The notes: generated by a model from the sequence alone, not told the origin. A stretch of DNA of 64,000 bases from Epithemia pelagica (GCA_946965045.2 OX337228.1:2356001-2420000); one strand, 5' to 3'; shown: positions 1 to 12,800, counted from the stretch's first letter. Numbers and translations are program-made.

Positions 1-2025
1 GATGGTGATGCGCAAGGGCGTCCTCCACGACAAAGCTCGAAATCTGTGAAGAAAGATGATATTGTTCAACATGCAATAATACGTCTGTCGGATTCTGGTT
101 TCCGTTGTGGATCTTTTGGTCCATTTACAAGCCTGTTGGATCTTCTCGAATCTGTTTCCGAGTCATTGCCATTTGAACTTCGATTTGATCTGCCTCCTAT
201 GAACCGTGCCATCCGTGAGGAGGGATCCCAGCCATCCCCGAATGCTCTTCTTTTCCGAAGACTTACTCTTAGCCAGACGGATAGTATGGATCCTGTTCGT
301 CGAGACAATGACAATGAAGGCAATGCCGGTATTTCAAATGACAGGGTTACCCATGAGATGGAACCCTCAGAACGTAATCGATGCTTTGGATCTTTCTTAG
401 ATCTTCTCCTCCTTTCAAAAATACGGAGACAGCTGACAGGGGTTGCCATCGTTGGCTACAATGACAATGCAGCCGATGCCGAAAACCGATCAGATCGAAC
501 TCGGAACGACCAATCTCACTATTCCACCACTCAGGTAGCTTCATGGATTGTTGGACCTCTTCTCGGCTGGTGTCGGTCGTTGGAAGTGAGAGCAGTGTAT
601 GAGCTCGCTCCGAGTGTGGCTTCCTTGTGGAAAATGCTGGGAGAGAAATCGAAAGCCATGATGGACGTATTAGAGCAGTCGATTGAGATCACTCTTGGTC
701 CACATGCTGGAAACTCGTCAGATAGCGGAGACTACATCCTGCGCTCTATGATACAGCGGAACTCAGGCGTAGATTTCAGCACTTTGAGACTTGTTGATGG
801 AGGAGATTGTTCCATGGTTGTCCTCTTCAGTAAGAACGAAGCAATTCAATGGCTGGTGTCTAGCGGTACCGAATTATCTGAAGCAGATGCTTCACATCGC
901 CTTGCCAGAATGGAAAGAGAGCGAGTCATAGAACCCATCGATTTTTCACGACTGCCTTTGAAACAACGCCCTGCTGACTTGGATGAAGGTGTCCGATACC
1001 GCTTTGTTGACCCATGGGAAGTCGAAGCTGTGAACTCCCGTGAGGGCGAGACGTCGAGTGCATCCTTGGGTCGACAACATTTCTTGGGATTCAGCTTAGG
1101 AAGAATAGCTTTGGCCTGTGAGTCTGATTTCAGGATGCTTGGCGGTATTCCGCTTCTAGAGTTATGGATGAGTACCAGCGGAGGAGTCGTCCTTTCCAGA
1201 GCTCTCGCGGCGGTGCATCCTCCCTGGGAACGATCCTCTGGAGGTGATCTGCAGGTTCGAGGTGGTGTTTTGGCTGAACCGGAGCCATTCGCAAACAGTA
1301 TTCGTCAGCATTTATACAGAAACGCTTTGTTTCAACGTCTTGAGTTACCTCAACGCTTTCTGGCGTTGGTACAGGTGGAACTCTTGGATTTGAAAAATCT
1401 TACCTCACCAGGGGGTGCATTGGCGATGTCAGTGTATTCTTTGCTTCGTCTGAAACGAAGAGGCTCAAGCGGCGTTCTTTCTAACAAAACTAGAACTCTG
1501 GACACAGCATCTACGAGTCCCGTTCGTCTTGGAAAGCCAACCGGAGTTGGTCCGAACGCCCCGGCATCTTGGGGAAGCGTCGTCCGGTTCAGATATCCTT
1601 TGCCTGATGAAACTTCTGTTGATGGCACTAGTTTCGATTCTGATCGGGAGGCCCTCTTCAAAGGTCCTCCGTCTGTTTTACAGATAACTGTGTACGAAAA
1701 GAAGCTTCTTGTCGATCATGCGCTTGGCACAGCTGATGTCGACATGGATGGTCTCTTCGCTGGGGGCCAAGTAGAAGAGTGGGTACCGCTGAGATCGGAA
1801 AAACATGGAATACATTGGTTTACTCGAATCAGGTTAACGCTTCGATTTGAACTCATGTGCCTAGCATCCCGGGAATTGAAGGACTTGTCGTCCACTGCCC
1901 CTAGTGTGGGACTCCAGCGAATTGAAAACCTCTGCCAAGCGGGTGGTACTGCTGCACATGAAGACCAAAGACGCAGCATGAGTTCTCCTGACCTACTGCA
2001 GTATCTTGAAAGTATGGTCTATTAG
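1..2025 (+). CDS. C-terminal part of a large multidomain protein with a DEP-like domain and a C-terminal C2 domain (5' truncated by the window edge)
   Basis: The frame is open from base 1 to TAG at 2025. FSKNEAIQWLVSSG...DASHRLARMERERVIEPI resembles a DEP domain. VQVELLDLKNL...VLQITVYEKKLLVDHALGTADVDM...EEWVPL resembles a C2 domain. Confidence 0.7.
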   Translation, partial: DGDAQGRPPRQSSKSVKKDDIVQHAIIRLSDSGFRCGSFGPFTSLLDLLESVSESLPFELRFDLPPMNRAIREEGSQPSPNALLFRRLTLSQTDSMDPVRRDNDNEGNAGISNDRVTHEMEPSERNRCFGSFLDLLLLSKIRRQLTGVAIVGYNDNAADAENRSDRTRNDQSHYSTTQVASWIVGPLLGWCRSLEVRAVYELAPSVASLWKMLGEKSKAMMDVLEQSIEITLGPHAGNSSDSGDYILRSMIQRNSGVDFSTLRLVDGGDCSMVVLFSKNEAIQWLVSSGTELSEADASHRLARMERERVIEPIDFSRLPLKQRPADLDEGVRYRFVDPWEVEAVNSREGETSSASLGRQHFLGFSLGRIALACESDFRMLGGIPLLELWMSTSGGVVLSRALAAVHPPWERSSGGDLQVRGGVLAEPEPFANSIRQHLYRNALFQRLELPQRFLALVQVELLDLKNLTSPGGALAMSVYSLLRLKRRGSSGVLSNKTRTLDTASTSPVRLGKPTGVGPNAPASWGSVVRFRYPLPDETSVDGTSFDSDREALFKGPPSVLQITVYEKKLLVDHALGTADVDMDGLFAGGQVEEWVPLRSEKHGIHWFTRIRLTLRFELMCLASRELKDLSSTAPSVGLQRIENLCQAGGTAAHEDQRRSMSSPDLLQYLESMVY

Positions 2026-2397
2026 TTGTCGATGGTCGTAGTTCCTCAGCGCGACCGTACATCAAGAAATTTTGCTCGACGTCATAACGCGGTTGCTTAG
2101 AATGTATTTACTCACTGCTTGGCCTTGATTCAGCAATAGAATGTTTGCAACTGCTCAAGTATTCCATTCTTATTTTCGGTCATCGGGACCCTGTTGTCAG
2201 TTGTAATCAACCACACCAACAAACACACCACATGACACCAAGGGCCATAGCCATGGTAAGGAACGGTAGGTCTCCCGCGGACCGGCGACGTCCAGTCGCA
2301 TGTGACGTGGCGCTTCCTCTTACGGAAACCGGGTGGCATACAGACGGCAATTCATCATTCATCTCCATCCAAGGGAACAAAAACAACGCCATGAACC

Positions 2398-4150
2398 ATG
2401 ACAGTTTACCACTGTGACGACGATGGTCCGAGTCACATGCAGCAACTGATTGGAAAGCTGGTGAGGAAGAAGAAGCGAGAAAACCGTTGGGTTCTTGCCA
2501 TTCGACCTCTACCAGTCAAAACAGAAACTGGAGGTCTTGTTCAGCCAGTGGCACAAAACATATCGATTCCCCGTGCGACTGATAACAACTCGTTACCCTA
2601 CGACTTTCTCTTTTTGTTTTCAACCCTGCGTGTCACTTATCAGGGCGGTGATGAAAAGGACACACCAGTGGCATCTCACATTGAACTGCTATGCTGTGCT
2701 CCCGATCCGACTGCAGTGGCCTTGGCTCTAGAGGGGATATCTCAAGGTGAGCGTTCATTTTCTTTCCTGGTCTTATCGTTGGAGCAACCGACACTTCCGC
2801 GCTGCTGTGACATTCAATTTCTTACAGCATTGCTCCATAGGAAGATTTCCATGGTATATCATACCTGCCCTGGAGGAAGTGGGTGACGAACACGATGAAC
2901 CAATACAGAAGGTAAATGACATACTCGAATTAAAGAACCCATCAAGACTTCGACGATTGGCCATTGCGCGCTTGGTGCGTGGATTAGAGAATGGACCGGG
3001 TGCCGCGGTGGACAAACCTGCTCGCACTCGTCCTCCATTTATTCGGCCCAATGAGTACCTGTTGATAAAAGACTTGGAGCAACTTCGTGAGCAAGGACGA
3101 GTCAGCGAACAAACTATTGACACCGAAGGAAAAGATGCTAGCAACAAGGTAGAATGGGCTTGGATGGAACCAAAACTTCTCGAAACAGGAAGCGACGAAA
3201 ATGGAACGAGTTCTAGACAACGAGGTGAATCTGTGATTTCTAACAGTGAAAAGCAGCATGTGGTTCCCTTGAACCTTCCACTCGATGCAGAACATGAACT
3301 TTCGTTTCGCGGCCGGCACACTCGGAGTGAGTATATGTTGACGAAGAAAATGCCTCAAGTTCGACGTATGGTCCAAAGAGTACGACAGCTTTTCTTTTCT
3401 CAAGAAAAGTTCCAGCAGCCTCGTCATATTGTGGATGTCGGTGGCGGACGATGCGACCTGGCCTCTGCCTTGGCACTGGGATTTCCAAACTGCATTGTTA
3501 CCGTAGTCGACAAAAACGAAACTTCTCTTATGGCTGGCAAGGAATTCTGTGAAAAGCTTGGTTGCGCTTCTCGGATGAATTTTGTGTCGGGAGACATGGG
3601 GCAGATTGTTGCGGCCATGAATCAGGACACCTCGTCTTCAAATGGGGTGTTTCCATCGTCATCAAACAGTGACCTCAATGATTTTCTTGGCTGTTTAAGC
3701 GGTATCGATACGAGATGGCCCAAAGTGGACTTGGTTGTGGCCTTGCATGCATGTGGTGACTTGTCGGACCTGGCTTTGTCGTTTGCCAACCAACTTCAAG
3801 TTCCATTTGTGGTTTGTCCATGCTGCTATACGAAACGTTACATATCAAACTTCACCCCTATCTGGGATCAGTATTGTCCATTGGCATTGCCATCCAACGA
3901 AAACAAGAATGAGGGACCAAGCTCAGGGACGGTCGACAAGGATTTGATCCCGCTAGCAGATTCCTATCGGAAATCACTTGTTCGGCTGGCTGAAATCGAC
4001 GACAACATGCATGTTAGTCGACTCGCTAGGGTTGCGATTAATTCGATGAGATTATGTGGCATGCAAGATAGTGGAGGCTATCAAGTGTCCCTGGAAGAAT
4101 ATGACATAAAGACGTCAAGGCGCAACATTGTGCTAGTGGGGTATAGATGA
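2398..4150 (+). CDS. Class I SAM-dependent methyltransferase (Methyltransf_32 / GSTCD-METTL25-like), two exons
   Basis: Motifs IVDVGGGRCDL, DLVVALHACGDLSD and FVVCPCCY. A predicted intron 2747..2840 (GTGAGC...CCATAG, phase 1) joins ORF 2398 to ORF 2747 in frame. Confidence 0.8.
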
Positions 4151-4448
4151 TACTTTGTACGAGTTGCGAGTAGGCATTGGCGTTCGCCTTGCATTGATTT
4201 TGGAGGATCGATTCTTCCTAGAGTACTCCTTACTCATAGTTGCTCTTGCTTCTATGCCTAGTCTAATCCGTAGGCAAAGCCAGCAAAGTTGCACTCTTAC
4301 TCCTACCTCCGTAGGAGTAGTAGAGCGAGAGAGGTACTCCCATAGCTCTAGCTAGAAAAGTTATCAGAGTCAGTGGGTAGTTCTTCCTTGTTGGTCGCGG
4401 ATCTTTAATTCGGTTTTCGCCAGTAGCCACACATCTTACCAATACACG

Positions 4449-5264
4449 ATGGCGGCCTCCATCCGTCGGACAGACTTGTTGTCCCTTTCGAACTTGCGCA
4501 ATGATGGACGACGACCTAACGAAATCCGAAGAATAAAGATTCAAATGGGTCCAATGTCGCAGTCCTCTTCAATGGGAGGGAGTGCCGTGTTCGAAATGGG
4601 ATTGACGGTCGTTATGGCAACCGTCCGTGGCCCCTTTGAATGTGCACGAAGATCCGATGAAATGGGGGATCGGGCAATTGTCGATGTGACTGTCAAAATG
4701 GCTCCCTTTGCTTCTTCGACTGATCGACGCTTTGTCAATCCCAACACCGATCGACGCCTCATTGAAGCTTCTCATATTATCCAACGAGTGATGGAAGCCT
4801 CAATTCTGTTACATCTCTATCAGCGATCCAGAATCGAAATCACAATTTTGATATTAGCGGACGATGGAAGCCGATTATGTGCGGCGATTAACGCGGCCAC
4901 CTTAGCGCTGCAAGATGCAGGCATTCCCATGAAAGACTTTTGCTGTGCCTGCTCGGCTGGATACGCAACCGATGGTAACACCGATACAACCTTGGTGGAT
5001 CTCAATCGGAGAGAAGAATCGGCGAATGGAGGACAACCGGCCGTGCATCTCCCATGTGCTATACTTCCACAGAGAGGGACCGTTGTATTCGCCCAATGCG
5101 AAGCACGGTTGCCGAATTACGTGGCCTTTGAACAAGTTCTTGAAGCAGCCCAGGATGGGTGTCAAGCCGTATTTACAGCCATGCAGTCAGCAGTGCGAGA
5201 GAAAGCGACATCTCTTCTCGCGACGACTAGTGGGCAAGCACAAATAGTGGAGGTGTTTGAGTAG
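4449..5264 (+). CDS. RRP41: Exosome complex component RRP41 (RNase PH family)
   Basis: RNDGRRPNEIR, GSAVFEMGLTVVMATVRGP, SRIEITILILADDGSRLCAAINAATLALQDAGIPMKD. Confidence 0.93.
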   Translation: MAASIRRTDLLSLSNLRNDGRRPNEIRRIKIQMGPMSQSSSMGGSAVFEMGLTVVMATVRGPFECARRSDEMGDRAIVDVTVKMAPFASSTDRRFVNPNTDRRLIEASHIIQRVMEASILLHLYQRSRIEITILILADDGSRLCAAINAATLALQDAGIPMKDFCCACSAGYATDGNTDTTLVDLNRREESANGGQPAVHLPCAILPQRGTVVFAQCEARLPNYVAFEQVLEAAQDGCQAVFTAMQSAVREKATSLLATTSGQAQIVEVFE

Positions 5265-5741
5265 AAAGAGTAAGTTCATTTGTGACTTTGAGTGCTGTGG
5301 GTTGTAGTTGCGGGTGACGGTCGGTTGGGGATCATTTCATGCGAGTGAGGAAAGCTTTAAACTTTAACTTTTCAAACTTTGTCCGACCCATTCGTGGGAT
5401 GGCGACACTTCTCCTGTGGTTCTGACGCATGACTTGAAACAAACTGGTTGAACACACCCCTTGGCATGGCAATGACGAAGATTTATATCGTATTCCTTGA
5501 CAAGCGCAAGATTGCTTTGGTGGAATTTAGTCTTTGAGATCGGATGCCACACATTGTCACGCTTCTCTTGACTGTCCAGTCAATGGGATTACTGCTTCAT
5601 CTCACTCTTTCGTTGTTTTCCCTTCAGGATCATTTAAGCACGGTTGGGTCTACTTCGCGCTTAGCACGACTGCTACAGCTATTTCGTGAGAACATCTACG
5701 GTTGACTCTTGTCGAATGGTTTACTATTGGAATACAGTTAC

Positions 5742-7175
5742 CTAGATCATCATAGTGCGCAAGGCCTTACTGCGCTCGAAGAGCGAGGTGACAACCGTAT
5801 CAATATTTTGGATGACATCCAGGCCTTTTTCCATGGTTCGATCTTTGTCCATATCTTCGTACAATATGAGATGACCCTTTCCTTGATCCAATATTCCCTG
5901 GATTTTATCATCGAGAATCATTTGTGACAATTTCTTCTCGACAGTGGCCATTGGTATGTCAATAAGATGGGCCACATGTTCCAATTCCACACAGCTGTAC
6001 GGTTCCACGATACGTATCAAGTTGGACTCAAGTAGCTGTTCTTTGAGTACATGTAAATGGTGGTTCACCAATAAGTCATCTTGTAATTCGTTTGTATACT
6101 TGTCCAATACAGCTTCAAACTCTTTGAGATCGCGATTCGCCGCAGCCCCCGCAATCGCTTGCATAGCGTCTATGTCAGAGCCAGCATACTTGACACCTTG
6201 CTTTCCACTAATCATACCAGATAAGTCCACTTCTGCCTTGCTCGTTTTGATGCCCACGTTCCCAGTGGATGAGAGTTGCAGCGCCGCACGGAGTGAATCC
6301 AAAATCTTACAAAGCATCATGTACTTGAGGGCCTTGGTGGCTTGCTCAGTGGCATTCATTTGATCCAACTGTTCAAAGGCTTCCAAAAAGTATGAGTGAG
6401 CAGTGTTGTAATCCCCTTCTTCCGTATGGATTGTTCCAGACATGGTGTCGATTTCCGCCTGCAAGTTCGGAGAAACGTAAATGGCATTCGCCGCGGTTCG
6501 ACTAGCCGTCAACGCCGCCTTTGCTTTGGGGACATTCCGAAGGGCAAAATGAACTTTGGATTCCAACAAATGAGTTTCTACCAACAACTGCTTGTCGTCC
6601 AACTTTTTCAGCTCTGAGAGCAACAAGTCACACATTTCGAGGGCGGCCGTGTACTTTTCTTGTCGATACAAAATACCAGCCAACTTTGCCTCGACCCGTT
6701 GTCTCAAAAAGGATCGCTTCTCTGTGACGGTCCAGGCAATGATATTACGAGCCACCGATTCTTGCATGGTAAGTTGATCGGGTGCTGCATCGCAGACAAT
6801 GTCCAAGACCTGACGAACGACCTTTGCGGTTTTGGCTTTGGTAATTTGACTCAAAAACACCTGGCCTGTGCTGCCTGTCAAAAATGCTGCCACCGCATCG
6901 TATTGCTTGGAGGCACAATACGATCTAGTGAGATCATAAACGGCACGCTCTTTCACTTGAGTGGCTTTTGGGCCAGTCTTTTCGGTATCTTGAAGCATGT
7001 TCGCCAAGACCTTGGAGGCTTCTTCCGAAGCTCCATCTGAAGACAATTTCGAAGCTTCGTCTAAAGCTTTTTGCAGATCCGCAATATCTTCCTCCTCATC
7101 ATCTTCGTCTTCCTTATCTTCCACTACAGCTGGAGAAGGTTCATCTATTTCCATTGCGTCGCCCCCCGAAGACAT
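5742..7175 (-). CDS. RPN6: 26S proteasome regulatory subunit RPN6/PSMD11
   Basis: KAKTAKVVR, EKRSFLRQRVE, ELKKLDDKQLLVETHLLESK, KAKAALTASRT and a C-terminal PCI domain (LLESNLIRIVEPYS). Confidence 0.96.
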   Translation of the reverse strand: MSSGGDAMEIDEPSPAVVEDKEDEDDEEEDIADLQKALDEASKLSSDGASEEASKVLANMLQDTEKTGPKATQVKERAVYDLTRSYCASKQYDAVAAFLTGSTGQVFLSQITKAKTAKVVRQVLDIVCDAAPDQLTMQESVARNIIAWTVTEKRSFLRQRVEAKLAGILYRQEKYTAALEMCDLLLSELKKLDDKQLLVETHLLESKVHFALRNVPKAKAALTASRTAANAIYVSPNLQAEIDTMSGTIHTEEGDYNTAHSYFLEAFEQLDQMNATEQATKALKYMMLCKILDSLRAALQLSSTGNVGIKTSKAEVDLSGMISGKQGVKYAGSDIDAMQAIAGAAANRDLKEFEAVLDKYTNELQDDLLVNHHLHVLKEQLLESNLIRIVEPYSCVELEHVAHLIDIPMATVEKKLSQMILDDKIQGILDQGKGHLILYEDMDKDRTMEKGLDVIQNIDTVVTSLFERSKALRTMMI

Positions 7176-7485
7176 GATGGTAGTGTTCGGCTTTATCTGG
7201 ATAACTTAAATGTAGGAGAGGACGAGATGCAAAAGTCCAAGGATGCAATTGGAATCCGTTCGAGGCATCAAAAATGATCCGGGGCAGTGTGGGGGCAGGC
7301 AACGGTATTTGAGGGTAGAATCAGGAATGGCAAGCGCGACATACGCGGGACTATTACTACTCATCCTATCAGGAGTAGTCTCGCATAGCTTGAAAGGGTG
7401 TTTCTCAATCGTTTGGTCTAAACGCTGTTGTACAAACAAACAACAACAAATCCACTCACAAACTTGATGTGACTACCTACTACTG

Positions 7486-9321
7486 CTAGTAATAAAAAGA
7501 CGTGGGCGCGGGTGGTGGCGGGGGTGGAGCCGCTGGTGCGGCTCCGACTGGTTCCAATACACCGGAACCTGGAGGCCCACCCATGACAAAGCCACCAGTG
7601 CTATCATCACTCGACTGGCGTTGCGAAAGAGCAATTGGTGTCTTCAACGGTTCGGGTGGTGGTCGAGCAGGAGCGCCAGTAACGGCAAAGCTTGTGGCAC
7701 CCAAAGTCGGAGCAGAGCCAGCGGGGGGCGGAGCCATGGGGGTCAAGGATGATGTCGAAGGTGAGGAAATAGATAGACGGTCAAGGGAATCCAATCCATT
7801 CATGTTACCAACGTTGTTGCTGTTGTGCGGAAACGAAGGTCCTCCTCCTCCCTGTTGCCATGATTGTGTGTGGCTTGGCTTGTGTTGTTGTAAACCACTC
7901 CTACTGCCGTCAAGTGGATTGAGTGAATCCAATCCATTTATGCTTCCAGCTTTGTTGTTGTTCTGTGGAAAGGAAGCGCCCCCTCCTCCTCCCATTTGCC
8001 ATGACTGTGATTGCGTGTTGCTTGGCTTGTGTTGCTGTAAACCATTGTGACTCCCGACAAGTGGATTGAGAGCATCCAACGCTGCAAATCGATCTACAGA
8101 ATGGTTCCCCGAAGAGAAGGACATGACTGCTGTGGTAACAGAAGTACCTGTAAGCGTTGTCAAACCAGTACCAACAGCATTCATGGATGGATTCATCCCA
8201 CCCGCCAGTGGAGCGGTGGTTATAGGATTCATAATGTTACCGCTGGGTACTTGCAGCAGATCTGGCGCTGGTGTTTGGTTTTGTGTCTTTGGTGCTGATG
8301 ACTGCAAATCCAAGAGATTCCCCATCATGGAGGAGCCACCAGTTGGCCCGGGATGCGACATGCCTAGCGAGAGAAGGTCATTGTTGTTGTTATTGCTGCT
8401 GGAAGAAGAGCGCATTCCCGGATATGCGGTGGTGGTCGCTCCCATCGATAAAAGATCTACTTGAGGTGGCGGCGCCGGTGTGATTGCGCCAAAGGCATTT
8501 GGTGCTTGATATTCCGAAAAGTTACTACCACCTGCGTTGTTGGAGGAGGAAGGTTCATCAGTAAATCGTTGTTTAGCAGCTTGTTCCTTCTTTTGCGCAT
8601 CCTTAATCATTTCCTCCAAGCTATGAGCAGCACCGACAACGGCCTTGCCGTCTTTGCTGTTGTATCCACTTCCAAAGGCAGAATCACTCTTGGCGAGATT
8701 GGACTTGAGTGTCACTTGTCGTTCTTGCTCCATCCGTCGTTGCAAAATGGCCAACCGTGCTTCGTCTGTGACAAAGGCGACTTGTTGTCTCGAGCCGATC
8801 GGCACAAGCGACTGTGGATCGGCATGGGTGTTTCGTTCAAACTGCAAGACTGCTGGATCGGAAAGCAAACGATGAATGGATTGAGCCACTTGTCGAGCTG
8901 GTCCGCCCTTGTCGACCGAACCACCCTTCAAACGAATAAAGAATCCCGTCGCACCAGTGGCTTCTTGGGCCATGACGGCTGTGTTGTACTTTTCCTCGAT
9001 TGTAGCGACGTAGTGTCTCAACGTCTGTGCTGGACCCAGTACTTGTTCGGCGCCGTAAAGGAGCAAATGACGCAAGACGACCAATGCCTTGTGCATGGCC
9101 AGGACGGAAACATCCAGTGGTCTCGATATCACTTGTTCCAGTATATCCAGCATACGTTCAAAAATGAGACGACCACCGGTCATGGATCGCTCGTGGTAGG
9201 TATAAGATGCTAGCTGGTTCAACTGTAGAGATGACAAAACCTGTTCATTCTCGTCGTACAACAACGCCGAAAGTTGCTTCTCCGCATCCGATTGTTCCTG
9301 AAATCCCAGTGCACTCAACAT
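7486..9321 (-). CDS. ENTH-domain (epsin-like) adaptor protein with low-complexity C-terminus
   Basis: N-terminal LNQLASYTY...HKALVVLRHLLLYGAE is ENTH-like. DLL motifs and a proline-rich tail follow. The true 5' end is uncertain. Confidence 0.75.
   Translation of the reverse strand: MLSALGFQEQSDAEKQLSALLYDENEQVLSSLQLNQLASYTYHERSMTGGRLIFERMLDILEQVISRPLDVSVLAMHKALVVLRHLLLYGAEQVLGPAQTLRHYVATIEEKYNTAVMAQEATGATGFFIRLKGGSVDKGGPARQVAQSIHRLLSDPAVLQFERNTHADPQSLVPIGSRQQVAFVTDEARLAILQRRMEQERQVTLKSNLAKSDSAFGSGYNSKDGKAVVGAAHSLEEMIKDAQKKEQAAKQRFTDEPSSSNNAGGSNFSEYQAPNAFGAITPAPPPQVDLLSMGATTTAYPGMRSSSSSNNNNNDLLSLGMSHPGPTGGSSMMGNLLDLQSSAPKTQNQTPAPDLLQVPSGNIMNPITTAPLAGGMNPSMNAVGTGLTTLTGTSVTTAVMSFSSGNHSVDRFAALDALNPLVGSHNGLQQHKPSNTQSQSWQMGGGGGASFPQNNNKAGSINGLDSLNPLDGSRSGLQQHKPSHTQSWQQGGGGPSFPHNSNNVGNMNGLDSLDRLSISSPSTSSLTPMAPPPAGSAPTLGATSFAVTGAPARPPPEPLKTPIALSQRQSSDDSTGGFVMGGPPGSGVLEPVGAAPAAPPPPPPAPTSFYY
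7787..8070. repeat. Imperfect in-frame tandem duplication (two copies, about 140 bp each) inside the ENTH gene
   Basis: Copies at about 7787..7924 and 7925..8070. The protein repeats LNPL.GS..GLQQHKPS.TQ..WQ.GGGG.SFP.N.N..G..NGLDSL. Confidence 0.85.
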
Positions 9322-9859
9322 TTTGCGGGAAATGCACTTTTTGTTTGCGATTGGAGCACTGCCGCCACAAGAATAGCAAAATCAATTCACCCGATAGGAA
9401 AAGGAGTCTTCCATCATGATCATGGTCATCCAAAATCTCTGTGACAAACCTGTGAGAGTTTGACCGAGCGCGCGCGGCCGCTTCCTGTCCCACGATCACG
9501 ATCACGAGTATATTCACTTCCGATATGTCTTCGACATCCCATTATTAACAAAAACTTATCCTTTTTCCGAATCAACTTCTGGAGAGTAGGATGACTTTAA
9601 ATGAGGGGATGAATTCTCCATCCCCTGGATAAGAGGGGTCATCGATTTTGTGGAGGTTGATCCGCATCACAGGGCCCCTCTTTTTCTTTTCTTGCGCAAC
9701 CAACAATGGTGGTTGCTCCTCGTGCGACCTCTCCGCCGCGGCGTGCCCCACAACGCGCCGAGATCTTTTCTCTTGTCTGGTTCGGTCTCTCGTTGTCGTG
9801 AGTGCAAAGACAAAATCGCAACAGCATTCTATTCATCATAGTCGAAGGACCTTTCTACA

Positions 9860-12800
9860 ATGAACGTCATTCACGACGACGACCCGATGCCATCCTCATC
9901 CATGATGGTGGACGAGGAAAAGGAGGCAGTTGCAGGTGGTGTTGTCAAAGCAACGTCACTCGTAGGACAAGCCGTGCTCCATCGGGACGACGACCCTGAG
10001 GATCAAGAGGATGACGACGACAACAACGATAGCGAGGATCGCTCGAGCACAATCTTGTCGGAGCAGGGGCTTTGGAAATTGAGGAGTTCTGCGCGATGGC
10101 TGATTCAGGACCGTGAATCCTTTCTAGCACCGTCTCCCGATGTCACAGACAAACCAACCGCAGGAGGTCGTGGAAGTGGTGGTCTGCCATTGACGGCTGC
10201 CTATCAATTTCCTATGGAGGATTCCATCGATTTTGTTCGAACTCAGAAACTTCATGTCGTCCAAGAAGCGTTTCGGGTAGCGGCCGGCACAATCTTGCAA
10301 GCCATTCGTAACAAGAGAGAAAACTCTGTTAACGATCAGGAGACCACTGATGATGACAGGGAAGAAGACCAGCGCGAGGACGACGATGAACCCATTCCCG
10401 ATTTACCTCCTTCTCTCAACGACCGGCATCATATTTCCATGTTGCGACACACGGCCTTTGGACGGAGCCTCGGAAATAAGGAATGGGCCAAAAAACGCGT
10501 GCTCAAAGCACAATCGGCCACGTCGTCGTATATCGATTCGCTGGCGGGCGAAGCTCTGGAGGGATCCGGTTCGAAACGAGGTGTCGGTGGCCGCAAGCGC
10601 AAGGCGGATGCCATTACCCACGAGGAAGACGGCGCTGACACCAATGCCATGGACCATCATCGTCTGGGGGAAGACCTTGGCGGACACGCACGGACCGACG
10701 GAACCAAGAGTGGTGGTACAACAGCTCCCTCCTCCTCCGGTCCCAAGTTTACTCGAAACACACCTGCATCTTCTGCGGCAGCCTTGGATCACCGCTTCAC
10801 CAACGCACGAGCCATCTTGTGTGCTGCCGGCAATCTCGTCATGGCTGCCCTAACTCCAGATCTGGCCGGACATGAACTGGAGCCTAATGATGTCCCCCAG
10901 AAAAAGACCCATTCTTCGGTCAATCTTGCCGCCGTCCTGGTCGATGCCAATGTCTACGCGCAACGCACCATTACCATTGCCGAAAATGCGGTCAAACGAG
11001 CTGATATGAGAAACCAATATCGAAAGGAGAATGCACGATACAACTACAGACGAAACTTTTATCCAAACAAGACCCCAAACATGTACTATCTTCAACTACC
11101 AAACTTGTTTGATTTGAGATCAGACTCGGAATCCTCATCTTCTTCGTGGGGCGATTTCATGTTCGAGGAAGAAGAGTTTGTCAAGTACAGTCCAAATAAA
11201 GAATCCATGACAGAGCCTTGGAACTTATTCTGTCTTCCTCGCTTACAGGCTATTTTACAGCAAGGGTCGGGGCATGTTCTCTATCATGACATTCAATGGT
11301 TCTCAAGACACGGGAGACTAGCGCATCTTTTGAAAACTCTGCGACGGCCGAATAAAGACACGAACGATATCCTTGAGAAAAAGTTGGATTTGACCAGCAA
11401 AAAATCTGCGAGCTTTGGTCCTCATTTGATTGTAACCACCCAACCAGACACAACCAAGTTTGCTCAAGAATTTCATGATATGCGCATCCATGTTCCTCTT
11501 GTATATGACCAACTCAACGAGGAACAATCAGAGCTCCGTGTTCTCGTATATGCCGGAAACAGAGAACAGCGGCGCAAGTTACGCCGTCACTTTGCCCGAG
11601 CCACAGGGGTGGCCGAAGCCCCCTTTCATGTTATTGTCGTCTCATACACCGTTCTTCTAGAAGAATACCTCCACTTTTGTCAATTACCATTTGAGGTGGT
11701 CATTCTTGACCACGGGGCATCATGGATGGCTGCCAGTCATGGGGACCCCAACTCGTCCTTAGCTACTGTGTGGCAACAGGGAATCTGGAATGGCCACACC
11801 GTAGGAGCTGCTGGCATTGCGGTGGGTGATCCATGGGATTTCAACGTGGATAAGATATCAGAACCTGCCATTAAAGAAGCATTCATTGGATTGACCGCGC
11901 GTCATCGGATCATGACTGCGTCGCACCTTGTGGCTGAAAATAAATCTTCTGTGGAATTGCTCCCAATTTCGGGAGTCGTATCATTTCTTTCTCCTATATT
12001 TGCTTCTGTGGTCCAAGAGGAATGGGACCGAAGCAACATTGCCAAAGACGCCGATAGTATGCAGCATTTTCGAAAATTGGTGGCGAGGTCAATGGTGATT
12101 CACCATCAAGACAGTCCACTCCGTGATATGCACGAAATGGCGTTGCTCGGCCTGGAAGGCCAATTGGGTTTCACTGAGCGATTTGGTGATCCCATCGCTC
12201 CTGATTTTATTACAGATGATGATTTCGTTGCGTCGGATAAAGTCACATTTTCTCGAAGGGCGTGCTTGTCATGGCTCGGTACAAAGTCTGTAGATTGGCT
12301 CCGATATGAGTTGGGGTCGGCCAACTTTGATTACATATTAGATGCAATGAAGGTTTCCACGAAACATGGTCATTATTGCCAGGAAGTAACTACTGCTTCT
12401 TCCACCACATCGTCTGGTGCGAACGGCCAGGTTGGCGGTACAATGGCGTATCGTATGGCTGTATGCTGTCTTCGACATTTTGGGTCTGAACAAGGATTAC
12501 GGCAACATATTTCGGCGCAGCATGCTCCTCCGGGAACCTGGCTCTGTCGTACTTGTGGAAGTGATTGCATCACCAGTCAGGCCAGAACACACCATGAACG
12601 GACTTGTGGTCAACCGGCGACAGGCCCAACAAATGATCCGACAGGGAGTCTTGGAGGAGCAACGCCCACTGTTGGCCAAGGTGGCACAAAAGGGGGTGTG
12701 GGCAAAAAGAAAAGTCAGCGGTCTTCAACCGCACAAACTGGTGGGACTGTACAAGAGGAGAAAGACCCTAACGGGGCCCTTCGCGTCCCCGGCTATCGAG

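Noticed and set aside
7502-9213. Long antisense ORFs opposite real genes (for example 8461..9213, 16206..16913, 12417..12965)
   Set aside because: They are shadow frames of well-supported CDSs and have no domain signal.
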